Source of the DNA: a virus
Lineage: Duplodnaviria; Caudoviricetes
Length of the DNA stretch: 60,833 nucleotides
Virus record (IMG/VR): IMGVR_UViG_3300025096_003142
Span: 1 to 60,833 of that record
Reading direction: 5' to 3' (one strand)
Shown: positions 11,164 through 19,772 of the stretch, in pieces
Layout: each line of letters opens with the position of its first letter
Position numbering within the stretch: position 1 is the stretch's first letter
Translations under genes and position numbers: made by a program
Notes under the pieces: generated by a model
The model's input: the letters and a program-made list of their open reading frames with translations, nothing else
Database searches by the model: none
Told to the model about the DNA's origin: nothing

Positions 11164-11726
11164 TAGTTATGTTGTATTGGAGATAATACTGGTTGAGTAC
11201 TTACTCCTATGTTAATTGTTGCGACAAATGTACATCCTCCATTTGTATATGTATATGTTATTATGTGTGATCCGGAGCCGGCTACATTAGGACAAAAGTC
11301 ACTACCAACAACACCAACACCGGTGAAGACTCCTCCCGTAGGATTCGCTACCAATGGCACACACGGATCTGTTTCACAGAATGGGCCGATTGCTGTTATA
11401 GTTGGAGTTACATCATATATAAATACATCTAATAATGTTGGTATACTTTCACAACCATTAGCGTTTTGACCTGTAACTTCTACTGCATTTGGTATTAAAC
11501 CAGGCGCAGCTGCTGACCAATCAACATTGATTTGATTTGTTCCTTGGCCACCGGTGATAACTCCTGGTGCTGTAATAATCCAATTATAAATATATGCTGG
11601 GTTATTAGGTACTTGATAAATTGATCCAGGTGTTTGATAACAAACTGTATCTGGATTGATTGTTGTAAACTGAGCATACATTGTGTGTGCTGCTAAAAAT
11701 AAAATAAGTGTAACTAGTTTTTTCAT
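11163..11726 (-). CDS. Secreted PKD/Ig-like protein ending in P-x-L-S-P-I-Q-H-N
   Basis: Signal peptide; YNW..ITGGQGTNQINVDW; PTGGVFTG; NGC motifs. Confidence 0.8.
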   Translation of the reverse strand: MKKLVTLILFLAAHTMYAQFTTINPDTVCYQTPGSIYQVPNNPAYIYNWIITAPGVITGGQGTNQINVDWSAAAPGLIPNAVEVTGQNANGCESIPTLLDVFIYDVTPTITAIGPFCETDPCVPLVANPTGGVFTGVGVVGSDFCPNVAGSGSHIITYTYTNGGCTFVATINIGVSTQPVLSPIQHN

Positions 11727-11738
11727 TTGATTGTTTTT

Positions 11739-12353
11739 TTAATTATGACTGATGACTCCTATGGGAGGCAACGTCGGGTTTATATTTCCATTATATATGT
11801 TAAAAGGATTAAGAGTGCAAGATATATTTGAGAAACTTCCCCAAGTACCATCTCCTCCTGCTGTGACTTGTATTGTTAAATCTAATGGATTGCATGTAGT
11901 AACTACTGTAACGTCGAAACAAAATGACCATTGACAATTTGTGCCAAAGTCGCCCCAATCATCTCCTGCATCATTATTCCAGAAGAATGGATCTCCATAT
12001 TCATAAAACCAACCAGGGCCAGCAACTAGTCCGGAGTTTGTAGAGGTTGTTGTTAATTGCCATATCCACTGTCCTAATGCTGCTGTTTCATTACAATCTC
12101 CAGGAGGTGCACCTGGTGTTAAATTTGTCCAACCTGGGCCTAATGTTATTGAAAACCCTTCTATCCACTCTGCGGCTACGGCTGGATTAAAATTCCATCC
12201 GTCCATTGTATAACAAACATTAACAACAGTACCAGGAGTATATCCAGTTGCTGGTGGCGGTGGTGTTAATGTAAATGATTGAATGCCATTACAAGGTTGC
12301 GAGTATAATACTCCATATGTAAATAACAATATTGTAAATAAAAATGTTTTCAT
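11739..12353 (-). CDS. Secreted Cys/Gly/Trp-rich protein ending in I-S-H-N
   Basis: Signal peptide; DDWGD acidic motif; C-terminus resembles that of 11163..11726. Confidence 0.78.
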   Translation of the reverse strand: MKTFLFTILLFTYGVLYSQPCNGIQSFTLTPPPPATGYTPGTVVNVCYTMDGWNFNPAVAAEWIEGFSITLGPGWTNLTPGAPPGDCNETAALGQWIWQLTTTSTNSGLVAGPGWFYEYGDPFFWNNDAGDDWGDFGTNCQWSFCFDVTVVTTCNPLDLTIQVTAGGDGTWGSFSNISCTLNPFNIYNGNINPTLPPIGVISHN

Positions 12354-12363
12354 ATAACTTTAT

Positions 12364-12372
12364 TATAAATAT
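12364..12372 (-). promoter_or_regulatory. Motif B ATATTTATA
   Basis: 10 nt upstream of the first ATG of the secreted-protein operon. Confidence 0.5.
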
Positions 12373-12385
12373 AACTTATTTAAAA

Positions 12386-12480
12386 AGGCCTTGTTTTAGT
12401 AGTCGGAGGCTTCAACTCCCATATGGCTTTACACCTGCGTCCCGGATTGGGATAGCATTCGTTCCTACCAAGCAAGGCCT
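12386..12480 (-). ncRNA. Structured RNA, candidate 6S-like (6S-Flavo type)
   Basis: GC-rich intergenic 95 nt; AGGCCUUG/CAAGGCCU 8 bp plus UUGGUAG/CUACUAA 7 bp closing stem (G-U favours minus strand); central bubble; small inner hairpins; U-tract. Confidence 0.6.
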
Positions 12481-12967
12481 AGTTATCATTTAATTCTTTT
12501 TGTATTAATTTTCTATTAAAATCTATATTCCATTTTAAATATAATAAATGCGTATGAAATGCACATAGTGTACATACACAAACTATTTCTATATATAAAA
12601 ATCCAAATGGAGCTAAAAATAAAGAACAAGAATATGGAACTAAATATAACTTGAGTCTAGTGTTATAATATAAAGGATGCATACAAGCTATAAAGAATCC
12701 ATATGCAAATATATTATGTATAACTGGATAATCTGTTACCGAAAATGCTGTTAATAATAAAAGGAGTATAGATGGAAGTTTCCATCTGTCTAACGAAAAT
12801 AGAAAGTATGCAATGGCTGCGTTTGAGGTTATTAAGAGAGGTTTTAAAGGAGTATTCCAATATTGTGATATAGATTCCAATGGGCCTTCATAACTTATAC
12901 AAATGAACGGAAAGATTAATGCTAAGGTAATTACTAATATTCTTAATACATAATCTTTTTTATTCAT
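12479..12967 (-). CDS. multi-pass membrane protein
   Basis: About 5 hydrophobic segments; SISQYW, HNIFA. Confidence 0.75.
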   Translation of the reverse strand: MNKKDYVLRILVITLALIFPFICISYEGPLESISQYWNTPLKPLLITSNAAIAYFLFSLDRWKLPSILLLLLTAFSVTDYPVIHNIFAYGFFIACMHPLYYNTRLKLYLVPYSCSLFLAPFGFLYIEIVCVCTLCAFHTHLLYLKWNIDFNRKLIQKELNDN

Positions 12968-12986
12968 TTATTAATTCACAAACTTA

Positions 12987-13181
12987 TTATTCAACAATAT
13001 ACACAAACCAATTCGGATCTTCATATGAACATAAACACTGATCAGGAAAACAAATATGATCTCCTTCTATAAAAATAGAATCTACTTGAATTTGACTACA
13101 ATTATGTCCTTCTGGAGTAATTGATTTAGATGTCTTACATCCTACTAAAACTAATAAAAGTGCTAAAACTAATATTCGCAT
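12987..13181 (-). CDS. small lipoprotein
   Basis: Lipobox LVGC; further Cys residues. Confidence 0.65.
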   Translation of the reverse strand: MRILVLALLLVLVGCKTSKSITPEGHNCSQIQVDSIFIEGDHICFPDQCLCSYEDPNWFVYIVE

Positions 13182-13190
13182 TTTTTATTT

Positions 13191-13221
13191 TAATAATAAG
13201 AAAAATATATCTAAAAACCAA
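13191..13221 (-). promoter_or_regulatory. Motif A promoter-like element TTGGTTTTTAGATATATTTTTCTTATTATTA
   Basis: Recurrent bipartite motif. Confidence 0.55.
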
Positions 13222-13231
13222 TTCAATTTAA

Positions 13232-13240
13232 TATAAATAT
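13232..13240 (-). promoter_or_regulatory. Motif B ATATTTATA, in tandem with motif A
   Basis: Same intergenic gap as 13191-13221. Confidence 0.45.
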
Positions 13241-13247
13241 TGATAAC

Positions 13248-13436
13248 TTATATTTCATTTGGATCGAATAATTTATTATAATCTTCTATTTTTATCGCTA
13301 TTCGAATGTCGTCTATTGTCGCAAAGACTTCTTCTTGAAATATTTGAACTTCTTTTAGTTTTTTTGGATCTATTTCAACAAGGCCAGTTGATGAAGTCTC
13401 GTTTGCAAATCTAACAGGTATTTTTGTTTTTGGCAT
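13248..13436 (-). CDS. hypothetical protein
   Basis: ORF. Confidence 0.65.
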   Translation of the reverse strand: MPKTKIPVRFANETSSTGLVEIDPKKLKEVQIFQEEVFATIDDIRIAIKIEDYNKLFDPNEI

Positions 13437-13437
13437 T

Positions 13438-15306
13438 TTATTTGTTTATAGTTCTTAACATTGTTCCATCTTCATAAACTTCAATCACAACACCTTTTGC
13501 ATCAGGTCCTACATCCCTACCCATCATATCAATACGCCTAACGATTTTAGATATTCTGTTTCTATTATCAATCATCACAGGGCCATATATTTCATTAGCT
13601 CCATCGACATCATATTGAAGTAGTCTATAATAATTAAATGCATTTGATAAGGGACCATGGTCTACCCATTTATAATCTTGTTTAGTTGTTGAATTACCAG
13701 CTGATGGTATTTGTCCTATAGATCTATATTCAGATCCATCAACACTTATTTGTATTTCAAAATATGAGCTGTTTTGTTCTGTTGCGGTCGACCACTCTAT
13801 CATATTTCCTAATTCTGGGATATATTGTCCACTCATATAAAGCATTGTAACTGGTAGGGCAGATTGCCTTGTCATTTGTGCATCTCTACATACTGATTCT
13901 ATTCCACATAAATCATTTGTATTGATATGGAGGTGGTATGTTTGGTTAGCACTTGTTGGAGTAAAGTAGATAGGTGTTGTTCCTACCACCTCAACAGGAC
14001 CATCATATGTATCTCTTCTTAGAGTAATCCAATCAGTTGGATTTGAAGACTCGATTGTATATGTTGTTCCAATCTCCCCACCAGTCCATGTTGTATATTC
14101 ACCCGCATATTGGCAGCTGATTGTCTTAGTTGAGGTGGTTTGGGTTGGCATTGTAGTTGTGGTATAATAAGATGTGTTTGTACATGGACCTGGAATAACA
14201 ATAGGTGGCGTGCAAGTTACTTCTAAATCAAATGCATTAGTTGAGCTGTAACTGTGTACTAATATATAATATACTTCTCCAATTACTGATGTCCATGAGT
14301 ATGAAGCGGCTGTACCACTACAAGCAGGTCCGTTGTCATCTATACCACCAATACAAGTTAAATTAGTACACGTTCCACTAAATACTGATATTTTACTATC
14401 CCATGATGTGTTACATAATGATGCTACAAAATCATCTCCATTACCTCCAATTCTATACCAAACACCTGGTTGGCCTTGTGCGGTTCCGCAAGTAGCTAAT
14501 CCATCTGTAGTTGCATTAACAGTTGTCCCTTGTGTAGTTGAATTACATGCTATACTCTCAGCACTACAAGCATCATCATTTGCTGGTGGTGTTGGAGGTG
14601 GTGGTACATTACATATCATATTAACAGCTACCGATTCATCTACTACATTCGCTCCTCCAGACGCTACTTGAGTTCCATTAACATCAACTGTCCAAGATAC
14701 TTCAGATGGATAACTTCCTCCGGTTACTGATATTGTATAGCACCCATCTGCTAAACAAAAATCTGCAGTACCACTCGCACCGCTAGCTAATGTTCCAGTA
14801 CCAACTTGGGCACCTTGATCATCTGCAATAGTAAATTGAGCACCATTCCAGCCATCTCCATAAGAATCTATCATATTAACAACAACTTCATTGAGAATAC
14901 AACCTGGGCCTGGGACTGTACATGACACACTTCTTGTCATACAACCTCCAGCATTACCACATGCAGAGCCGGTATGTGTATAAAATCTAACAGTGCCATC
15001 ATATGTTGCTACCCATGTTTGATCTCCAGTACCATATACTAATGCTACATTTGAAGAATTAGCAATTGTTATATAATCCGTACTAATTGAACTTCTGAAT
15101 GTATAGCTATTTCCAGTAGTGACTGATACAACTGAATATTCTCCTCTATATCCACAAGTTGTGATAGATCCGAATCCCGAACCACAGCTTGGTGTATATG
15201 TGCTACTTGGGTATTGTCCGTAACTAGCACTAGTGCATTGTGATTTAACAAAATTAGTTAATCCAATGACAACTAAAAATAATAGCAATAACTTAATTTT
15301 CTTCAT
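13438..15306 (-). CDS. Large secreted Cys-rich multidomain surface protein, Bacteroidota T9SS-cargo-like
   Basis: Signal peptide; DSYGDGWNG; PPANDDAC; LPV...WSTATEQNSSYFEI...YYRL..YDVDG pre-CTD module; short DMMGRDV...EVYEDG tail; internally duplicated domain. Confidence 0.82.
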   Translation of the reverse strand: MKKIKLLLLFLVVIGLTNFVKSQCTSASYGQYPSSTYTPSCGSGFGSITTCGYRGEYSVVSVTTGNSYTFRSSISTDYITIANSSNVALVYGTGDQTWVATYDGTVRFYTHTGSACGNAGGCMTRSVSCTVPGPGCILNEVVVNMIDSYGDGWNGAQFTIADDQGAQVGTGTLASGASGTADFCLADGCYTISVTGGSYPSEVSWTVDVNGTQVASGGANVVDESVAVNMICNVPPPPTPPANDDACSAESIACNSTTQGTTVNATTDGLATCGTAQGQPGVWYRIGGNGDDFVASLCNTSWDSKISVFSGTCTNLTCIGGIDDNGPACSGTAASYSWTSVIGEVYYILVHSYSSTNAFDLEVTCTPPIVIPGPCTNTSYYTTTTMPTQTTSTKTISCQYAGEYTTWTGGEIGTTYTIESSNPTDWITLRRDTYDGPVEVVGTTPIYFTPTSANQTYHLHINTNDLCGIESVCRDAQMTRQSALPVTMLYMSGQYIPELGNMIEWSTATEQNSSYFEIQISVDGSEYRSIGQIPSAGNSTTKQDYKWVDHGPLSNAFNYYRLLQYDVDGANEIYGPVMIDNRNRISKIVRRIDMMGRDVGPDAKGVVIEVYEDGTMLRTINK

Positions 15307-15499
15307 AATTATACTTTTGTTTTTGTGTTAAAATTTCTTGGAAAGCTTCTTCATATATAGTAACTAAATCTACATATTTATATTTTCTGTCTGTTTTTAA
15401 ATCTTGTACTTTTTCGAAAACTTCATTACGCAGTCCGTATGCGTGAGCTTCATATAGTATTTCTTCGATATCCCTTCCTTGGGCCATAACTTTCTCCAT
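15293..15499 (-). CDS. hypothetical protein
   Basis: ORF downstream of motif A. Confidence 0.65.
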   Translation of the reverse strand: MEKVMAQGRDIEEILYEAHAYGLRNEVFEKVQDLKTDRKYKYVDLVTIYEEAFQEILTQKQKYNYEEN

Positions 15500-15504
15500 A
15501 TAAT

Positions 15505-15534
15505 TATAGTATTAAAAAAATGTCAGATATCCAA
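15505..15534 (-). promoter_or_regulatory. Motif A variant TTGGATATCTGACATTTTTTTAATACTATA
   Basis: TTGGATA upstream box with similar spacing. Confidence 0.5.
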
Positions 15535-15537
15535 ATT

Positions 15538-15801
15538 TTATATTGGATCTCCATAAATATCGTAACGTTTAGTTAATTTTGGTTTTACTTCTTCTTCTAC
15601 ATGCATGATAGCATATAATTTACTATCTAAAGGAGCTAGCCTAAATTCAACTTTTTTATTTGTTTTTGCAAACCATGCTTCTAATGTATCTGTTAATGAT
15701 TCATGCACTTGTTGTGCTTTATCATCAACTAATACCCACCTGTCGCCTGGTGGAACACGTCTTGCAATTAATTCGTTTGTCTCTATAGTTTGAGTTTCCA
15801 T
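15538..15801 (-). CDS. hypothetical protein
   Basis: ORF. Confidence 0.7.
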   Translation of the reverse strand: METQTIETNELIARRVPPGDRWVLVDDKAQQVHESLTDTLEAWFAKTNKKVEFRLAPLDSKLYAIMHVEEEVKPKLTKRYDIYGDPI

Positions 15802-15805
15802 ATCA

Positions 15806-16573
15806 TTATAACTCCTGCCTAATGGCTAATTGCGGAAGATAAGACCTCCATATCTTTAAAACTTTTTGTTTCTCTTTTTCTGTTATAGTACCATTAGCAA
15901 TCCAATCATCTAAATATTCATTTACTACTTCTGCAAATGGCAGTTTAGATTTCTTTGCTTTAAAATATAATCCTTGTATCATTGCTGGTATCTCTTTTTT
16001 AAGAACAAAATAATTCCATGCTGGTTTTTTGCCTGTGGCTATTCGGTTTCTCATGGCTTGATCACCTCGCAAATATTTTGTTTCTTTTTCATTCCAACCA
16101 CTTTGGGTTGTGTGTTCTAATTCGTGACGTAATATGTCTTTTAAATGCATTGAGATAGTAGATAAATTACTAGGATAGTCTTCTGGATCTATTTCTAATC
16201 TAACTTCTATCATAGGTGGGGTGGTAGCATTATGCTTTCTTTCGTTTTCATTGAATGCATCGCCTCCATATCTAAATTCACCTAAATCTTCTACCCATTG
16301 AATTTTTAAACTCAAATAACAATCTATAGGAATAGTTTCATTTTCTACTTCTTCAAAATATGTATATGGATATGATTTGTCATTTTTATTAATAGGATCA
16401 ATTGGAGGAACATGCTCTCCTTTCTTAAAATAAATTTTATCACCTGCAAATAATCCACGTGGATCTTGTGTTGCAACAAATGAGTCTTTAACAGTTTGTA
16501 GTAGTTTATTTGATAGTTCTCTTGTTAAACTATCATAACGACCTTCTACTATTAATTTACTCAATGATATCAT
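15806..16573 (-). CDS. Zincin-like (HExxH) protein with MISLSKLIVE leader
   Basis: ILRHELEHTTQ, downstream YF...EIPA; start moved to the ATGA overlap at 16573. Confidence 0.75.
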   Translation of the reverse strand: MISLSKLIVEGRYDSLTRELSNKLLQTVKDSFVATQDPRGLFAGDKIYFKKGEHVPPIDPINKNDKSYPYTYFEEVENETIPIDCYLSLKIQWVEDLGEFRYGGDAFNENERKHNATTPPMIEVRLEIDPEDYPSNLSTISMHLKDILRHELEHTTQSGWNEKETKYLRGDQAMRNRIATGKKPAWNYFVLKKEIPAMIQGLYFKAKKSKLPFAEVVNEYLDDWIANGTITEKEKQKVLKIWRSYLPQLAIRQEL

Positions 16574-17598
16574 TTTTGAAGTCTCCAATTTGTTATAGCA
16601 TTTTTATTTAATGGTAATATTTCATATCCTCCAACTGTTCCTTTTCCAATAATAGCATCAAATCCATCATCTGCATATTGTTGTAATGAACCCACATTGA
16701 TAAAATCCATAGTAAAATTAGCATTTCTTGCGTCTAAGACTACCGATCCTGGTTTTATTTCAAAACTATAAAAATACTTTCTTGATCCTCCTTTTCCTGG
16801 GCCATAAAAGCCAGGCATACTTCGATGAGTAGTATATAAGCCTCCTGGACCATAATCTGGACCAAGTGCTGCTTTCTTTGATGATTTACCAGGTCGCATA
16901 AGTTTGTCTACAGGTATAGCATCTTTTAAAACTAAATCGTCTACATTTAACATTTTAGGACTACCATGTTGTAGTGGTAATTCTTTTGTAAGTTTAGAGA
17001 CAGTCATTCCTGTATGATATCCTTTAAATGCATCAAAAAATTGTTGTCTGTTTATTTTACCTAAAATTAAATCGTCAAGATGTCTTTGTAAATTTTTTGA
17101 CTTAGGTAATTGTTTAACTACATCTAGAAAATCGTTGAATTTTTTAATTCGGCTTTGTATTAATGGTTTATTTTTTACTATGTTAGCTAGTGTTTTTAAT
17201 TGTTGTGTGGTTAATTTTGTCCCGGTCGATATTGCAACTGTTATTTTGTCAACAGCTGTTTTTGTTAATCGCTTAATACCTGGTATCTCGCCGATCATCG
17301 GAAGACCTGCAAATACACCGGTAATAGCTGCATTAACATAATCTCCTTTTTCATAATATAAACGAGCTGCGTTTAATTCTAAAGCTACTGTGGTTGGTAT
17401 TCTTATTCTAGGATCTTTTATAGCTAGTGAAGTAATCATTCCTGCTACTTCATAGAATTGAGGACTTGTAAATAATTGTTTAATAAAAGCACGTTGAGCT
17501 GCATTATATGCTTTTGCTCCTTCAGGAGTACTATATTGTTTATCCAAGAATCTTGTATAAGCAGTTTGTTCTGATAATATTTGCTTTAATGATATCAT
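16570..17598 (-). CDS. Leader + PT-TG-like segment + C-terminal ADP-ribosyltransferase-like domain
   Basis: MISLKQILSE; LYYEKGDYVNAAITGVFAGLPMIG; HGS...GPGGLYTT...Y...GFDAII...EI (H-Y-E type ART pattern). Confidence 0.65.
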   Translation of the reverse strand: MISLKQILSEQTAYTRFLDKQYSTPEGAKAYNAAQRAFIKQLFTSPQFYEVAGMITSLAIKDPRIRIPTTVALELNAARLYYEKGDYVNAAITGVFAGLPMIGEIPGIKRLTKTAVDKITVAISTGTKLTTQQLKTLANIVKNKPLIQSRIKKFNDFLDVVKQLPKSKNLQRHLDDLILGKINRQQFFDAFKGYHTGMTVSKLTKELPLQHGSPKMLNVDDLVLKDAIPVDKLMRPGKSSKKAALGPDYGPGGLYTTHRSMPGFYGPGKGGSRKYFYSFEIKPGSVVLDARNANFTMDFINVGSLQQYADDGFDAIIGKGTVGGYEILPLNKNAITNWRLQK

Positions 17599-17602
17599 TT
17601 TA

Positions 17603-17611
17603 TATAAATAT
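17603..17611 (-). promoter_or_regulatory. Motif B in ATATTTATATAAAATG context
   Basis: Identical 16-mer also at 23339-23354. Confidence 0.55.
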
Positions 17612-18066
17612 TACAATTCTATCAAAGTAGTATCGTTTGGATTGATCATTATGTTGCCTTTATTAGTAACATATATTTTTTTAGAAGAACCACCACCACT
17701 TATTGGAGTTAGACTAATGGAAAGGCTTGAACCATTTCCGTTTAATCCAGAACTAGGTAAAGTACCATTGTAATCAGAATAATTAATTGCTTCTACTTTT
17801 AATGTTGTACCCGTGGTTGAAGAACCCGTGGCTTCAATAAATCCATCTGAATCTGAAGTAGCAATTATATCTCCAATATAATTATTTGGGTGTGTTTGGG
17901 TTGAAGTAATTGTAACAGTTGCCCCCGATATTGCATCTCCGGATTGGTCTACTATTCGAATTTTTTCATTGAAAAAGTTATTAGCATCAATAACAATACC
18001 ATGAAACTTTGTTAAATCAGTTTCAACACTAAGTCCAAAGAATTGTAATCCGTCGTATGTTGCCAT
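17611..18066 (-). CDS. putative virion protein with prealbumin/carboxypeptidase-regulatory-like Ig fold
   Basis: VDQSGDAISGATVTI...TSDSDG...LKVEAINY. Confidence 0.65.
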   Translation of the reverse strand: MATYDGLQFFGLSVETDLTKFHGIVIDANNFFNEKIRIVDQSGDAISGATVTITSTQTHPNNYIGDIIATSDSDGFIEATGSSTTGTTLKVEAINYSDYNGTLPSSGLNGNGSSLSISLTPISGGGSSKKIYVTNKGNIMINPNDTTLIEL

Positions 18067-19457
18067 TATGCTGATCCACTTAAATCGGATCTTAATGTAA
18101 TTTTTAGTTGCAAATATCTTGCACTTATACTATTATAGCTTCCGGTGTTAAACAATTGATCTCCACTTCCTGTTCCAGTAGAATTGACATATGGAACTCT
18201 TCCCCATTCAAAAATTGAATATGTGCCTGATAATGATGGGTTATTACCATATCTCATTTCATATTGATATCTTACTGGGTGGTGGTTCTTTGATCCTGAT
18301 GGGTATGTAGATGGGGCAGCAGCATTTCCAAAATTTGTTGTCCACCCACAATCAATATTTTTTACTGCTTTAACGCTCCCTTGATCTATAACTGCTGTGG
18401 TTATAGAACCTGAAGGAACCGCTGAGGCTGAAATTTGAAATCCTCCTATAGAACTAGTTATTATGTTATCCCATGTTGCTCCTCCTGCTGTGTGTAAAGG
18501 GTTTGAAGAAGAATCATCAAATCCATATGCTGTTCTTGGAGCATACCCTCCTTGTCCTTGTAATGGAGCAGCTTCTGTTCTTTTATATAAAGCAGATGTA
18601 GTTTCATTTATAGGCATTGTATGAGAAAGAAAATTAAAATCTCCTGATGCTGTTATATTAGTATTAAAAGACATAGATGCTGTAATAGAATTGAATACAT
18701 AATCTTTATACCTATCAAGGAAGGCCTGTGTTTCTTCTATTCCGGTTCCAGCATCGTCTAGTTTAAGATTGTCTTGAAATACACAATTATTAAAAGCAAC
18801 CCCTAAAAAAGCTTGAGCTGAAAGGGCTACGGATCCGGAAGGAGCTGAAAATAGACAGTTGTTAAATAGAGGCCAATATGTATTACTACTACCTCCTCCT
18901 GCTAAGGACTGTCCACAAATATTAGAGCTTATAAATGTACAACTATAAAATTGGAAAGGTCTAACATATACAGAGGCACTATTCAAATTCATGCCAACAA
19001 ATACACAATTATACCAAACATGACGTCTGCCATTATAACCAGTTGAAGAAACATTAAGTGTTGAAGTTGTTGGGATACCTTTAAAAGTGCAATTAAACCA
19101 TCTTGGTCCATAATTAGTAGTAATATATATTAAAGAAGCAAAATTTACTACATGAAGATTTTTTATATTCCATTCTATTGGAGCTCCGGTTAAAGCAACA
19201 CCTGAGCCTCCACCGGTTAATATAACAACTCCATCGCCTACTATTGTGGTATAAGATGGGCTACTAGTGGCTGTTAAAGCTTCTTCATATACCCCCGTAC
19301 CTACTACTATAACTTGACTATTACTACCGGCTGCTTGAACTAATAATATAGCTTTACTTATAGTTTTAACGGGGTTTTCAGAGGAACCATCACCGTTTGA
19401 GTCATCTCCTTCCATAGCAGATACGTAAAAATCTCCTGATTCTATCCAATGTGCCAT
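18066..19457 (-). CDS. Right-handed beta-helix (pectin-lyase/DUF1565-like) tail-associated protein
   Basis: FYVS..GDDSNGDGSSENPVKTISKAI, GTGVYEE, repeated NCxF; C-terminal RYLQLKITL. Confidence 0.75.
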   Translation of the reverse strand: MAHWIESGDFYVSAMEGDDSNGDGSSENPVKTISKAILLVQAAGSNSQVIVVGTGVYEEALTATSSPSYTTIVGDGVVILTGGGSGVALTGAPIEWNIKNLHVVNFASLIYITTNYGPRWFNCTFKGIPTTSTLNVSSTGYNGRRHVWYNCVFVGMNLNSASVYVRPFQFYSCTFISSNICGQSLAGGGSSNTYWPLFNNCLFSAPSGSVALSAQAFLGVAFNNCVFQDNLKLDDAGTGIEETQAFLDRYKDYVFNSITASMSFNTNITASGDFNFLSHTMPINETTSALYKRTEAAPLQGQGGYAPRTAYGFDDSSSNPLHTAGGATWDNIITSSIGGFQISASAVPSGSITTAVIDQGSVKAVKNIDCGWTTNFGNAAAPSTYPSGSKNHHPVRYQYEMRYGNNPSLSGTYSIFEWGRVPYVNSTGTGSGDQLFNTGSYNSISARYLQLKITLRSDLSGSA

Positions 19458-19459
19458 AA

Positions 19460-19750
19460 TTATTTATCTTCTATTGTAAATGTTGTGTGTACCCCATTTG
19501 ATATATAACTGTTTCCCCGGTATGAAAATTCAACTTGTAAAATATAGTTTGATCCTGTGTATGAGGTTTCAGTAAAGGTTCTTGTTATAGGTCTTGGTAA
19601 ATTTGGGTCTTGTCCAGGGGTTGTAACTATAGTTGGGGTATTTCCATTTCGAACTTCAAATGTAAAATCATAACAATCTTGATCAGGTTGATTATCATAA
19701 TCTAATCCGGTGTTATATTCTGCTCCATTTGGTAGTGTATATATTGCCAT
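19460..19750 (-). CDS. hypothetical protein (tail region)
   Basis: ORF downstream of motif B. Confidence 0.7.
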   Translation of the reverse strand: MAIYTLPNGAEYNTGLDYDNQPDQDCYDFTFEVRNGNTPTIVTTPGQDPNLPRPITRTFTETSYTGSNYILQVEFSYRGNSYISNGVHTTFTIEDK

Positions 19751-19763
19751 TATTTTATTTATT

Positions 19764-19772
19764 TATAAATAT
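19764..19772 (-). promoter_or_regulatory. Motif B ATATTTATA
   Basis: Intergenic, upstream of ATG 19750. Confidence 0.5.

Noticed and set aside
12386-12480. tRNA or SRP RNA
   Set aside because: No cloverleaf or properly placed T-loop/CCA (GGAGGCTTCAACTCC is only T-arm-like), and no SRP GNRA/AGCAG helix motif
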